64,000 nucleotides of DNA from Alphaproteobacteria bacterium (lineage in GTDB: Bacteria; Pseudomonadota; Alphaproteobacteria; MPNO01): positions 800,001 through 864,000 of the forward strand of contig CBDFLJ010000002.1 of NCBI GenBank assembly GCA_965248835.1. The letters run 5' to 3'. This document shows positions 52,132 through 61,732 of this stretch, one piece after another. Position numbers and translations under genes: made by a program. The notes beneath the pieces were generated by a model. The model was not told where the DNA came from and ran no database searches. It saw only the letters and a list, made by a program, of their open reading frames with translations. Positions within the stretch are counted from its first letter, which is position 1. Each line of letters starts with the position of its first letter.

Positions 52132-52408
52132 AGCGCGGCGCGCTCGAAACCAGGGACGAGATCATGCGGCGCGTCGATGAGGCGGCGAAGTTCGCCGGCA
52201 TCGACCAGCTCTGCCTGTCCGGCCAGTGCGGCTTCGCCTCGAGCGAGAAAGGCAACACCTCGAGCGAGGACGAGCAGTGGGCCAAGCTCGCCCGCATCGT
52301 CGAAGTGGCCGACGAGGTCTGGTCCTAACACGTTTTCCTCGGCGTTTCCCAGGTGACACGAGGACGGTTGCCCGTCTCCCGCACCGGGGCACCGACCTGC
52401 CGCGCCCG
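52132..52408 (+). repeat. 277-bp direct repeat, right copy
   Basis: Copy of 50042-50318. Confidence 0.95.
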
Positions 52409-52645
52409 GCGTCCCGAACTGGCCTTTCGCGGCGGCAAACCCGACCGCCGCCCCCGTGCCTTCCGAAGCGATGGCCGGGGCCTTTTCCGTTTCAGGACAG
52501 CCACCTGCTGGCGGAGGGCAAGGATTTCTGTATGAAGCGCTGCGCGGCCAAGGACGGTTTCGCGGAAGACGGAGATGAGGACATTGATGATTTTGTGCTT
52601 GCCGGAAAAGGTATCCGGTGGTGATGCGAAATTCCAAGGTTTCTA

Positions 52646-53589
52646 AGAGCCCTTCCGGAAAGTTCTTGAATCGGAAGAATCGTTTGTGATTCTGTGCTGG
52701 GCATCCGGTTTACAGGAGGAAGCCCGATGTGGACTGCGGAACACCGCCGCGCGGCGGAGCGTCGCGGACTTCGCTATCCGAGTGATCTGACCGACGCCGA
52801 GTGGGCGCTGATCGCGCCAATGATCCCGCCTGCCAAGCGCGGCGGGCGCAAGCGCTCAGTCGACGTGCGCGAGGTTCTGAACGGCATCTTCACCGTGCTG
52901 TCCACGGGCTGCCAGTGGAATGCACTGCCCAAGGATCTGCCGCCGAAGTCGACGGTGTACGACTATTTCGATCTATGGGAGTGGGATGGCACGCTGGAGC
53001 GGATCCATCATGAACTCTACGTCGCGGTGCGCGATGAGGAAGGACGCGAAGCCAGCCCGTCGGCCGCGGTCATCGACAGCCAGAGCGCCAAGGCGGCGCA
53101 AAAAGGGGGGCGTCGATCGACGATCAAGGCTTCGATGCGGGCAAGAAGGTCACCGGTCGCAAGCGGCACATCATGGTCGACACGCTCGGCCTGATGCTGG
53201 GCATCGTGGTGCATTCCGGCGACGTTCAGGATCGCGACGGTGCCCACGAGCTCTTGCGCCGCACCCGGCGACGGTTCCCATTCATCGAGGTGATCTACGC
53301 CGACGGCGGCTATCAGGGACCGAAGATGGCCGCGACTGTCGCCAAGACCGGGGGGTGGCGGCTCGAGATCGTCAAGCGCAACGACGTGCCCCGCTTCGAG
53401 GTGCTGCCAAAGCGTTGGATTGTCGAACGCACCTTCGCCTGGATCAGCCGCAACAGGCGCCTCGCTCGCGACTTCGAACGTCACGTTCGATCCGTCGTCG
53501 CCTTCATCCGACTCGCCATGATCCGCATCATGCTGCGCAGACTCGCCGCAACCCACTCACCATAGATTCAAACTTTCCGGATCGGCTCT
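52646..53589 (+). mobile_element. Complete IS5-family element
   Basis: 19-bp inverted repeats (AGAGCCCTTCCGGAAAGTT, 2 mismatches), TA on both flanks. Confidence 0.92.
52727..53565 (+). CDS. IS5-family transposase, two frames joined by a -1 frameshift
   Basis: YPSDLTDAEW, IDSQS, slippery AAAAAGGGGGG near 53100-53110, YADGGY, RWIVERTFAW. Confidence 0.88.
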
Positions 53590-53851
53590 TACAGAACGAC
53601 CGATCTGATGTTCGCAGTGCGGCTGAAACGTTAGTTCCTGGAATCAGGAAGTGGGAGGCCCAGGAACGACAGCACGAGCGGTCCGAGGACCAGCAACGCG
53701 AGCAGCGATTCGAGTGACCGGGCACAGCCGGACACCGCACGGAGCCGCATCAGGAGGCTTGCGCTTCATATTGCGGCAGCGCTGCGCGGCTTTCGGTCGA
53801 TCATGGACACACCTCGCCCGTCGGGTTCCTATCGATGGTTGGTCGCGCTTC

Positions 53852-53997
53852 TCATGCCGGGAGCGGCGACGACCGTGGCCGCAGTTCGGCGATTAACCGC
53901 AGGATGTCGGCAAACAAGTCGCGCGGGATGGCAACCTCCGCCAGCTGGCAAGTGACATACCGGCCGTGGCTCACCACCTTGGCGCCGATCTTGATCA
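53852..53997 (-). mobile_element. IS1380 transposase C-terminal stub
   Basis: Manual translation IKIGAKVVSHGRYVTCQLAEVAIPRDLFADILRLI, homologous to the end of 42022-43395. Confidence 0.8.
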
Positions 53998-54206
53998 CCC
54001 TTGATCGGCTTTGCCGCTCAAGCCCTGGGCGTGGTCAGAGACCAGTGCTAAACCGCCTTCGGTTCGCCGGCTTGAACCGCACACGGCCGATTCGGGACTT
54101 TCCTTTGCCGGCCGCGGTCAGCCCGGGCTGGTATCGTCCGGGGAAAGTCGATTGCTACACTTGAGGCGGCCGGCGGCACGGGCGCAATGAAAACGAGGAG
54201 GCGGAG

Positions 54207-55235
54207 ATGATCCCGACCCAAGTCCATTTCGTCGGATCGATCGGGCTCGATAGCGTAAGGGAAGTCTTCCGGACGTTGGGGCCGCTGCTCGGCAAGCGCC
54301 TGCGCCGCATCCCGGACGGCGAGCCGGGCGGGCGGCGCGCGTGGATCGGATGGCAGCAGGTCGTCCTGCGCCTCAACCCGTTCCTCGCGTTCGATCCGGA
54401 CAGCAGCGCGGCGACCATCCAGACGCCGCTGATGGTCCTCGCCGAGGGCGTGAAGCCGAGCGCGGTGAAATTCGGCGAGCTCGGCTACGCCCACGAGGCG
54501 CGCGCCTCCTATCAACTGTTCCGCGAAGCGCGCAAGGCCGGCGACATTCCCGAGGGCGTGCGGTTCCAGGTTTCGCTGCCGACGCCTTCCGCCGTCATCT
54601 CCACGTTCGTCGCATCGCGCGATTTTCGCGTCGTCGAAAAGCCCTACGAAAAAGCGATGCTGCGGGAGGTCGCGGAGATCTGCCGGGCGGTCCCGCACAG
54701 GGATCTCTGCATTCAATGGGACGTATGCCAGGAGATGCTGACCTGGGACGGCCAGATCGATACCTTCAAACTCCCCTATGACGACCAGGGCGCGGCAATC
54801 CTCGCGCGGCTGAGGCGGTTATGCCAATCCGTCCCGAGCGGCGTCGAGCTCGGCCTCCACCTGTGCTACGGCGATTTCAACGGCCGGCACATCGTCGAGC
54901 CGCGGGATATGACCAGGCTGGTCGCGCTCGCGAATGCCGTCTCGAAACGGGTGCCGCGGCTGATCGACTATGTTCACATGCCGGTGCCGATCGCGCGTCA
55001 TGACGACGCCTATTTCCGGCCGTTGGGCGATCTCGCGCTCGACCCGAGGACGGAGCTCTATCTCGGCCTGGTCCACGCCGACGGCGCCCGGAGCGTCAAG
55101 GCGCGCATTGCCGCGGCGGCCAGATACGCGCCCTCTTTCGGTATCGCGACCGAGTGCGGGATCGCGCGCGCACGCAAGCCCGGCGTCGTCAGGAAACTCA
55201 TCAAGGCGCATGCCGAGGTATCGCAAGACGCATAG
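54207..55235 (+). CDS. MetE/UROD-like zinc barrel protein
   Basis: HFVGSI, IPDGEPG, HLCYGD, ATECG. Confidence 0.85.
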   Translation: MIPTQVHFVGSIGLDSVREVFRTLGPLLGKRLRRIPDGEPGGRRAWIGWQQVVLRLNPFLAFDPDSSAATIQTPLMVLAEGVKPSAVKFGELGYAHEARASYQLFREARKAGDIPEGVRFQVSLPTPSAVISTFVASRDFRVVEKPYEKAMLREVAEICRAVPHRDLCIQWDVCQEMLTWDGQIDTFKLPYDDQGAAILARLRRLCQSVPSGVELGLHLCYGDFNGRHIVEPRDMTRLVALANAVSKRVPRLIDYVHMPVPIARHDDAYFRPLGDLALDPRTELYLGLVHADGARSVKARIAAAARYAPSFGIATECGIARARKPGVVRKLIKAHAEVSQDA

Positions 55236-55555
55236 CGGACGATCGGGCCGCCGCTTGGTTGGCGGCGGCAGCGGCCGGCGGACACCCCGGAACGGCCGAT
55301 TGACCGGGACGCGGAGGGGGCAGCTGCAGGTTGTTCCGGGTCGACGCTGCGGCTCGGCGCGCGGCTTTGAGCCTCGTGAGCGGTTCGAAATCAATCGGTT
55401 GGCGTGCCGATCGGCTGTTCAGCGGTCATAGCGTCTCGCGGGCGGTCGGGAGACACCGACGGGTTGCGCCAATCCGATCACCTACAACCTGTCGGTCTGT
55501 CGGGAAGCAGGTCCAAGCGGTGCGTCCGGATATTTCCGAGACACGCTATTGCACG

Positions 55556-56407
55556 CTATTGCACCGAGGCGATCCATTCCTTTTTCCAGGCTCCGGCGCT
55601 CTTCCCTGTGACCCTCGAGATGCTTCCGCTGGTATCGTCGGCGGAATAGATCTGCATGATTTTTGCAACGCTCGTGTTCTTTAGGAGATAGCCGACATAG
55701 GAGCCGGCAAAGATGTAGAACGTCCGTCGGACGCGCCGATTATGAAATCGCGGAACGCCGTTTTTACCGATGAGATCCAAGGCTTCCAACGCTGTGTGTT
55801 GCCCCTCACGCAGCAGGTCTCGTGTCAATTCGTCAACCGGCGTTCCGAGATTCGGGAACGTCGGAAAGCCACCCAAGCGGTCGTTCAAATGCACCGCCAG
55901 CCCCTCCTTCAGCCACAGTGCGTTCCAATCCCAACCGATAATATGAACCGTCTCGTGAAGATAGGGCGTCCGTTGTCGCTTGGCGAAGGAGAGGAAGACG
56001 ATGGGGTGCAGGTATTTTCGGGGCTGGTAGCCGGTTATCGTGTGCGAGGGCGCGCGCCGGCTATGGACGAAATATTCGATCCTTTTCTGCTTGTAGATAT
56101 TGCTTGGAAACGCGACCCCCAGGAACGTTTCGACTTCGACAATCCCCTTGTCGATCCGGCGATGCAGCCGCCGCGAAACGTCCTCGGAAAGGTAATCCGC
56201 TTCCACCCAGACTATGGAACGTTCCGAGGTAAGCTTGCGGCCACTCTCTTTGATCGACTCGATCATGCGGATATCGCGGCAGTTCCCAGCGATTGGGCCG
56301 TGTGAGCATTCTGCGGCCTGTCCGCCCCCCGGCTGAGCGGTTGCGAGGACGCACGCGAAGGCCAGCACCGAAGGTCTGAAGGCCGAAGTTTTCCATCCGT
56401 GCATCAT
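55556..56407 (-). CDS. Secreted gluzincin-like metallopeptidase
   Basis: Signal peptide; HETVH followed by WLKEGLA. Confidence 0.75.
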   Translation of the reverse strand: MMHGWKTSAFRPSVLAFACVLATAQPGGGQAAECSHGPIAGNCRDIRMIESIKESGRKLTSERSIVWVEADYLSEDVSRRLHRRIDKGIVEVETFLGVAFPSNIYKQKRIEYFVHSRRAPSHTITGYQPRKYLHPIVFLSFAKRQRTPYLHETVHIIGWDWNALWLKEGLAVHLNDRLGGFPTFPNLGTPVDELTRDLLREGQHTALEALDLIGKNGVPRFHNRRVRRTFYIFAGSYVGYLLKNTSVAKIMQIYSADDTSGSISRVTGKSAGAWKKEWIASVQ

Positions 56408-56717
56408 GATCGCCTGCCGCTTGAATGGCCCACGGTCGAGGGATGGTTTCCGTCACCGAACCGTTGAATAGCCCGCTTGGCCAGCCGCCACGAGATTGTC
56501 CCGCTCCTGTGAGCCGGGGTTCCCTCTATCCGGGATTCGCCATGTGGACCCCTCTCAACCGGTTGAGCGTGACTCGAAACCGCTCGACGTGCAATCCGCC
56601 TTCGAATGACGGCCGTCTTCGCGTCGATCCCGATCATTGAGGGCCAGTTGGCAGTGTTGGCGGCGTGGAATGGCGCTCCCGCCGGCATCTCCGGGCGCGG
56701 CCTCACCCTGGCGGGCG

Positions 56718-57150
56718 CTATTTCGTCTGGTGCACGCTTGGACAGATCCTCACACGCTCCGGGGTGAAGGGGACTGTGCGCAGGCGCTTTCCGCTGGCAT
56801 CGAAGACGGCGTTGGCGATGGCGGCTGCGGCGGGCATGGTCGCGATCTCGCCGGCAACCGACGGCGGCTCATCGAGCCTCTGGATGAGCTCGACACGGAT
56901 ATCCGGGACCTCCGTGAAACGCAGGACGGAATAGTCGGCCCAATCGAGCGTCGTGATCCGGGCGGTGTCGTAATGGATCTCCTCCTTCAGCGATCGGCTG
57001 ACCGCGTGAACCACATTGCCCTGCACCTGGTTCAGGACGCCGTCCGGGTTGACCATCAGGCCGCAATCCTGGGCGACGAAGACCTTCGGGACCGTGACGA
57101 GACCCGTCTCCCGGTCGACCGCGACGTCGGCGACCATGGCGATGAAGCTC
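56718..57150 (-). pseudogene. C-terminal fragment of a xanthine dehydrogenase-family molybdopterin subunit
   Basis: AQDCGLMVNPDG, AGE, AIANAVFDASGKRLRTVPFTP. Confidence 0.85.
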
Positions 57151-57389
57151 GGGCTCAGGCTGGATCGCGGATCACCACCGGGGTGACCTCCCGGCGGCGC
57201 GCTCTGCTTCGCACTGCGCGCGGCCGGCTTTCTTCGGCGTATCCACGCCGCGCAACCGGACGCTCAGCCGCGCCAGCTCGGACGGCAGATCGGCCGACGC
57301 GTCGACCGCGACTGTGTCGCCGTCTACCACACGCACCACGGGCCAGCACTAGTCGGCGCCGTGAGCCGGAGCCGGTCGGAAGGCGACCA

Positions 57390-57746
57390 TCAAGAACAGG
57401 ATCGGTAGCAGACAACCACATGCCCTCCCCGGTCCTCCACCTCGTACACGTAACCAAAATCGTTGCATTGGACCTTAAATCCTCGACCCGTGAATAGTGG
57501 TCGAAATGAACTTATGCTGTCGCAACGATAGCCCCGGATTTTGATGAGATTGACGATGGGAGTGATGTTTTCGGAAGCCGATATCCCTTCTGAGATCACC
57601 GCGTCCGGTTCTATAATGTACGCAGCGCCTGCTGGCGCCATCGGCACCGACTTTTTTTGCTCCCTCTCTTCGCGGTCGCCCGTGGACCACGCAATCGTGG
57701 CGATGACCACGACGACGGCTGCAACCACCAGCAAACGATTCCACAC
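57390..57746 (-). CDS. Small membrane-anchored hypothetical protein
   Basis: N-terminal TM; GYRCDSIS...VQCN...YEVEDRGG. Confidence 0.6.
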   Translation of the reverse strand: MWNRLLVVAAVVVVIATIAWSTGDREEREQKKSVPMAPAGAAYIIEPDAVISEGISASENITPIVNLIKIRGYRCDSISSFRPLFTGRGFKVQCNDFGYVYEVEDRGGHVVVCYRSCS

Positions 57747-57810
57747 GGCTCTGCCCCGTCACCATCTGTCCGGCCGCATTTCGGACCCTAAACCAATTTC
57801 GGCCGCCTAC

Positions 57811-58341
57811 CTAGCGATCGACGCCGAGCAGGATGTCCTTGGCGCCGGCGACTGCCGTCCGGGCCCGTGCCGCGAGGTGTTCCGTGGTGGCGCTGCTGAT
57901 CGGATGGTCGATGACGACGAAGGGATAGTCCTGCGCCCCCAGCACCCGGCTCATCAGCTCGGCGGCGGAGACGAATTTCGCGGTCATGATGGCCGCGGAC
58001 GGCAGGCCGAGGCGCTCGCCGATGATCGCGTCATGCAAACTGCACGACGAGCAGCTGCCTCAATCGCCGACACCGGCGACCAGCGCGTTCCAGCGCTGGG
58101 CGTCGTCGAGCAGGCCGGGTTCGGCCGGCGCGCTGTAGTTGGACTTGGTCAGCCGGGCCACTTCGGCGACGCCGTGATTGTCGACCAGCTCGCGCGCGAA
58201 GGCATCGAAGAAGGCGATGGTGCCCCGCTTGCCGTTCGACAGCAGCGCGATCCGCGCGCCCTCGAGCGTGCCCAGGCGCGCCGCCGCCGTGAAGGCGGCG
58301 CTGCTCCCCTCGTGGGTCGGATCGAGTATTTCCAGAGCCAT
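57811..58341 (-). CDS. UGSC-family selenoprotein (176 aa; UGA at 58060-58062 read as Sec)
   Basis: Two track ORFs are in frame: ...AGVGD-U-GSCSSCSLHD...; hairpin follows the UGA. Confidence 0.9.
58029..58049 (-). promoter_or_regulatory. Bacterial SECIS element
   Basis: CGUCGUGCA-GUU-UGCAUGACG 9-bp stem starting 10 nt after the UGA, G first in the loop. Confidence 0.8.
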
Positions 58342-58374
58342 CGACGCTCTCTCCCTGCCTGCTCCCTGCCTGGC

Positions 58375-59427
58375 CTAGACCTCGCAATCCACGCAAGCGC
58401 CGATCGCCACGCTCACCGCATGGCTCTTGCTGCCGAACCAGGGCGGGATCACCGCGCCGAAGCCGCCCGCCGGGCCGCCGGCGGCGATGACCAGCAGATG
58501 GTCGGGATCGGGCAGCGCCGCATACTCCTGGCCGCCCTTGCGGCCGACCACGGCGCCCTTGCCGCACGCGCTCCACTCCGCCCGGCGGATCCTGGCGTGG
58601 GCGTGGACGTAATCGCGGATATCGGCCTTGGACCAGCCGGCGGAATCGAAATGCCCGCGCAGCTGCGGCGGCACGACGATGGCGTAGTTGCCGGGCCAGA
58701 TCGAATAGTGCCGCATGTTGGCGCGGATCTCGGCAACGAAGGTGTCGAGGATCCGTTCGGGCTCGACCGTCCACTCGTTCATCAGCTGGCGCGGGGCGCC
58801 GGCCGCCATCACCGTCACCGCCGAGACGCCGTCCGGCACCCCGCGGTCGGCTGCGACCGGGCGCCAGGGCGAATTGCCCTCGTCCTCGGCGATGCAGTAG
58901 CTGAACTTGCCCGGATGGCCGAGCGTGGAGCGGTCGACGCCGCCCGGCCGCGCGTCCAGCAGGTTGCAGACGATCAGCCGGACCGCCCGGCCGATCACCG
59001 TCGTCGCACGGTCGGAGGAGGCGAGCGCGTTGAAGCCGCCGCTCATCCCCAGCGCGTCGCGGACCGGGCCGTTGACGACGATCAGGATGGCGCAGCCCCC
59101 GGTGCTGGCGGTCGCGCCGTGCAGCATGAACGGCGGCTGCAGCATCGCCGTGAAGGCGGCGACCACCACCGGGAAATGCATCGGCAGACAGCCGGCCATG
59201 ACCGCGTTCACCGCCAGCTTCTCCGCCGTGATCGGCCGCTCGCGCACCGGTTCGATGCCGATCGGATGGTCGGGCACCAGCATCGCCCAATCGAGGCAGT
59301 CCTGGACCGCCTTTTCGGTCGGCGGCACCACGGGCAGGCCGTCGCTCCAACCGCGCGCGTGGTAGAACTCCTGCGCTTCGACCACGTCCTCGACGCTATA
59401 GCGCTTCGAGGTCAGGCCCATGGCCAT
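58375..59427 (-). CDS. Conserved protein co-transcribed with the UGSC protein
   Basis: GWSDGLPVVPPT, LAVNAVMAGC, IVVNGP, TLGHPGK; terminal CVDC. Confidence 0.85.
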   Translation of the reverse strand: MAMGLTSKRYSVEDVVEAQEFYHARGWSDGLPVVPPTEKAVQDCLDWAMLVPDHPIGIEPVRERPITAEKLAVNAVMAGCLPMHFPVVVAAFTAMLQPPFMLHGATASTGGCAILIVVNGPVRDALGMSGGFNALASSDRATTVIGRAVRLIVCNLLDARPGGVDRSTLGHPGKFSYCIAEDEGNSPWRPVAADRGVPDGVSAVTVMAAGAPRQLMNEWTVEPERILDTFVAEIRANMRHYSIWPGNYAIVVPPQLRGHFDSAGWSKADIRDYVHAHARIRRAEWSACGKGAVVGRKGGQEYAALPDPDHLLVIAAGGPAGGFGAVIPPWFGSKSHAVSVAIGACVDCEV

Positions 59428-59630
59428 GCTCCCCTATTCGGCCGCGCGGTCGGCGCGGGCGTGCTGCGCCGCCGAACCGGACCATATTCTGCCCGCCGTG
59501 GACGGAAGCGCAATCGGACTCTTTCCCGCCGTTTTCGCAGCGTTTCGAAACCGCCGCTCCGATGCAGCCTAGTGAACAACGCCAAGATAGCGCAGGAACC
59601 GGCCTTGCGGACCGCAAAACGGCATTCCGG

Positions 59631-60416
59631 TCACAGGATCGTCCTGCCGCCGTCGACCATCAGCGTCGCCCCGGTCACGAAGGACGCCTCGTCGGAGGCC
59701 AGCCACAGGACCGGGTAGGCGACTTCGCGCGGCTCGGCCCAGCGCTTGAGGAGGTTGTCGGTCCGGCCTTCCCGGCGCATGTCCTCCACCGTCCGCCCGC
59801 TCGCCTTCCGGCGCCCGATGGTGAACGGCGTGAGCGTCGCGCTCACCCCGACCGCGTTGGCGCGGATCCCGTTTTCGGCCTCCTCGCAGGCCAGGCTGCG
59901 CGTCAGCGCCAGCAGCCCCGCCTTGGTCGCGTCATAGGCGGACCAGTCGGCCCGCCCGCTGATGCCGTAGACCGAGGAGACGTTGATCACGCTCCCACGG
60001 CCGGAGCGCCGCAGCGCCGGCACGGCCGCCTTGGAGAAATTGACCGCGCCGAGGAGGTTGACCGACACCACCTCCTTCCAGGTGTCGAGATCCACCGTCT
60101 CGATCGATGCGATGTCGCGGATCGCCGCGTTGTTGACCAGCACGTCCAGCCCGCCGAAGCGCTCGGTCGCGCAGGCGACGGCGGCCGCAGCGTCGGCGGG
60201 GCTGGCGACGTCCCCGACGATCGTCGCGAGCTGCGCATCCGCGACCCGGTTCGCGATCCTGGCCGCGACCGCCTCCAGCGCAGCTTGGTTGCGGTCGACC
60301 AGAACGACGCGGCCGCCTTCCTCGCAGAACAGCGCGCCGATGGCCTCCCCCAGGCCGCCGCCGCCGCCCGTGACGACCGCCGCCTTCCCCGCCATGCGTC
60401 CGCTCATCTGCACCAC
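59631..60416 (-). CDS. SDR family oxidoreductase
   Basis: TGGGGGLG, NNAA, YDATK, VDGG. Confidence 0.93.
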   Translation of the reverse strand: MVQMSGRMAGKAAVVTGGGGGLGEAIGALFCEEGGRVVLVDRNQAALEAVAARIANRVADAQLATIVGDVASPADAAAAVACATERFGGLDVLVNNAAIRDIASIETVDLDTWKEVVSVNLLGAVNFSKAAVPALRRSGRGSVINVSSVYGISGRADWSAYDATKAGLLALTRSLACEEAENGIRANAVGVSATLTPFTIGRRKASGRTVEDMRREGRTDNLLKRWAEPREVAYPVLWLASDEASFVTGATLMVDGGRTIL

Positions 60417-60437
60417 CTGCGTCGATTCAAACCCCGG

Positions 60438-61227
60438 GGTAGTGTCTTAGTTTGAAATCCGCCACTTGCGAAAGGTCTTGGGCCGGTTCGGCTTTGCGGC
60501 CCGCGCGTCGATCAGGTCAACGATCTATTCCATGTCCCGCAGCGTATCGGAAACGCCTGCCGCCATCGCCGGCGACATCCGCCGGCTCGTGTGCATCCGG
60601 CAGAAATTGTAGTGCACGAAGTAGAGCGACAGCATATGAAGGAGGTTCTCGATCTTCTTTGAGAACGCATTGGTCAGCCGGGTGAAGCGGTGCATCCCCA
60701 TCCGCATGGTCAGGTTGTGCTGCTCGACATGGGACGTGCTGACCGCGGCACGCTCGGGTTTTCCGGTGATCCGACGCTTACGGGCTCCGACGCACGCCGG
60801 GGGCTGTAGCGAGCTTCGGTCTCCGGCGCGTCGCCGTAGATCTTGATGAGCTGGGCATCGCCCACATCGCCGCCGAAAGCGCCCTCAACGGCTTCCAGAT
60901 ACGCCTTGTGACCGTCCGTGGTCAGTTGAACCCGGTTCGCCAGCCGACCGCGCAGATCGTCCATGAAGGCAAGCGCATACTCGCTGCGCGCGCCCTGCCA
61001 CCCTTCGCACCTAGCGCCTTCGCGGCGGGGTCCTTGCCGTCGTCCTCGGACTCTTCCTCCTCCTCGCCGACAGCGATCCGCATGACCTTGACGGCGTTGC
61101 CGACCACGTCGGCCGGGCGCTTCTGGCCTCGCGGTCCCTTCGGCATGGCTCCTCCGATGCTTCCCGCTAAGCATACGGGATGCCGGGCCGGGCCGCGACA
61201 GGGCGGATTTCAATGTGATGCACTACC
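60438..61227 (-). mobile_element. Internally deleted IS1-family-like element
   Basis: 26-bp inverted ends GGTAGTG-N7-TTGAAATCCGCC; transposase 3' part (QLTTDG, STSHVEQHNLTMR, RFTRLTNAFSKK); small ORF MPKGPRGQKRPADV. Confidence 0.8.
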
Positions 61228-61239
61228 CCGGGGGGGGGG

Positions 61240-61600
61240 TTAGACGGCCGCCGCGATCTCTCCAAGGAAGTCCCGCAGCCATTTGTTGGCGGCATCGTTT
61301 TCGCGGTTGCGATATGCCATTGGAGATGTTCGGACACGACGGGGAAGTCGATGGCGGGCGCGATGACCCCGAGCGCCAGGCGACCCGCGTAGAGCCGGGC
61401 CAGCCGGCCCGGCAAGGTGGCGATGTTGAACGTGCCGGCGACGAACAGGGGCAGCAGGGTAAAGCTCGGCAATATCGCCGTTACGGTCCGCGCGCAGCCC
61501 AGCTCGTTCAGACAGGCGGCATCGAATGCGAGCGTTCGGTCGCCGTCGATGCTCGGCGACAGCACGACGATGTGACAGAGTCCAGGTTTGTGCCCCATCG
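61240..61600 (-). pseudogene. LysR-type substrate-binding domain fragment
   Basis: PSFTLLPLFVAGT..IATLPGRLA...LQWH; no HTH. Confidence 0.7.
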
Positions 61601-61656
61601 AAATCAGGGCCGTTCCGACAGCCTCCGTGGAGGAAGAAAAGGACCGATCTACCCGC

Positions 61657-61715
61657 TCAACGAAATTGTTGACAACAAATCTGTTGAATATGGTATGCTT
61701 CAACGAATTTGTTGA
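61657..61715 (+). promoter_or_regulatory. Promoter with three palindromic operators
   Basis: (T/A)CAAC-N6-GTTGA at 61657, 61672, 61700; TTGACA at 61669; extended -10 TGGTATGCT at 61691. Confidence 0.75.
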
Positions 61716-61732
61716 AAGCGGGTGCGCAAGCA

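Noticed and set aside
50042-52408. Diversity-generating retroelement template/variable repeat pair
   Set aside because: Mismatches in the 277-bp repeats include many C/G, C/T and G/T changes, so they are not adenine-specific, and no reverse transcriptase is in the window. A remote template for the Cys-rich genes cannot be excluded without the whole genome.
61228-61240. Poly-G tract as a phase-variation site
   Set aside because: Falls between an IS end and a pseudogene tail, not in a functional gene or promoter
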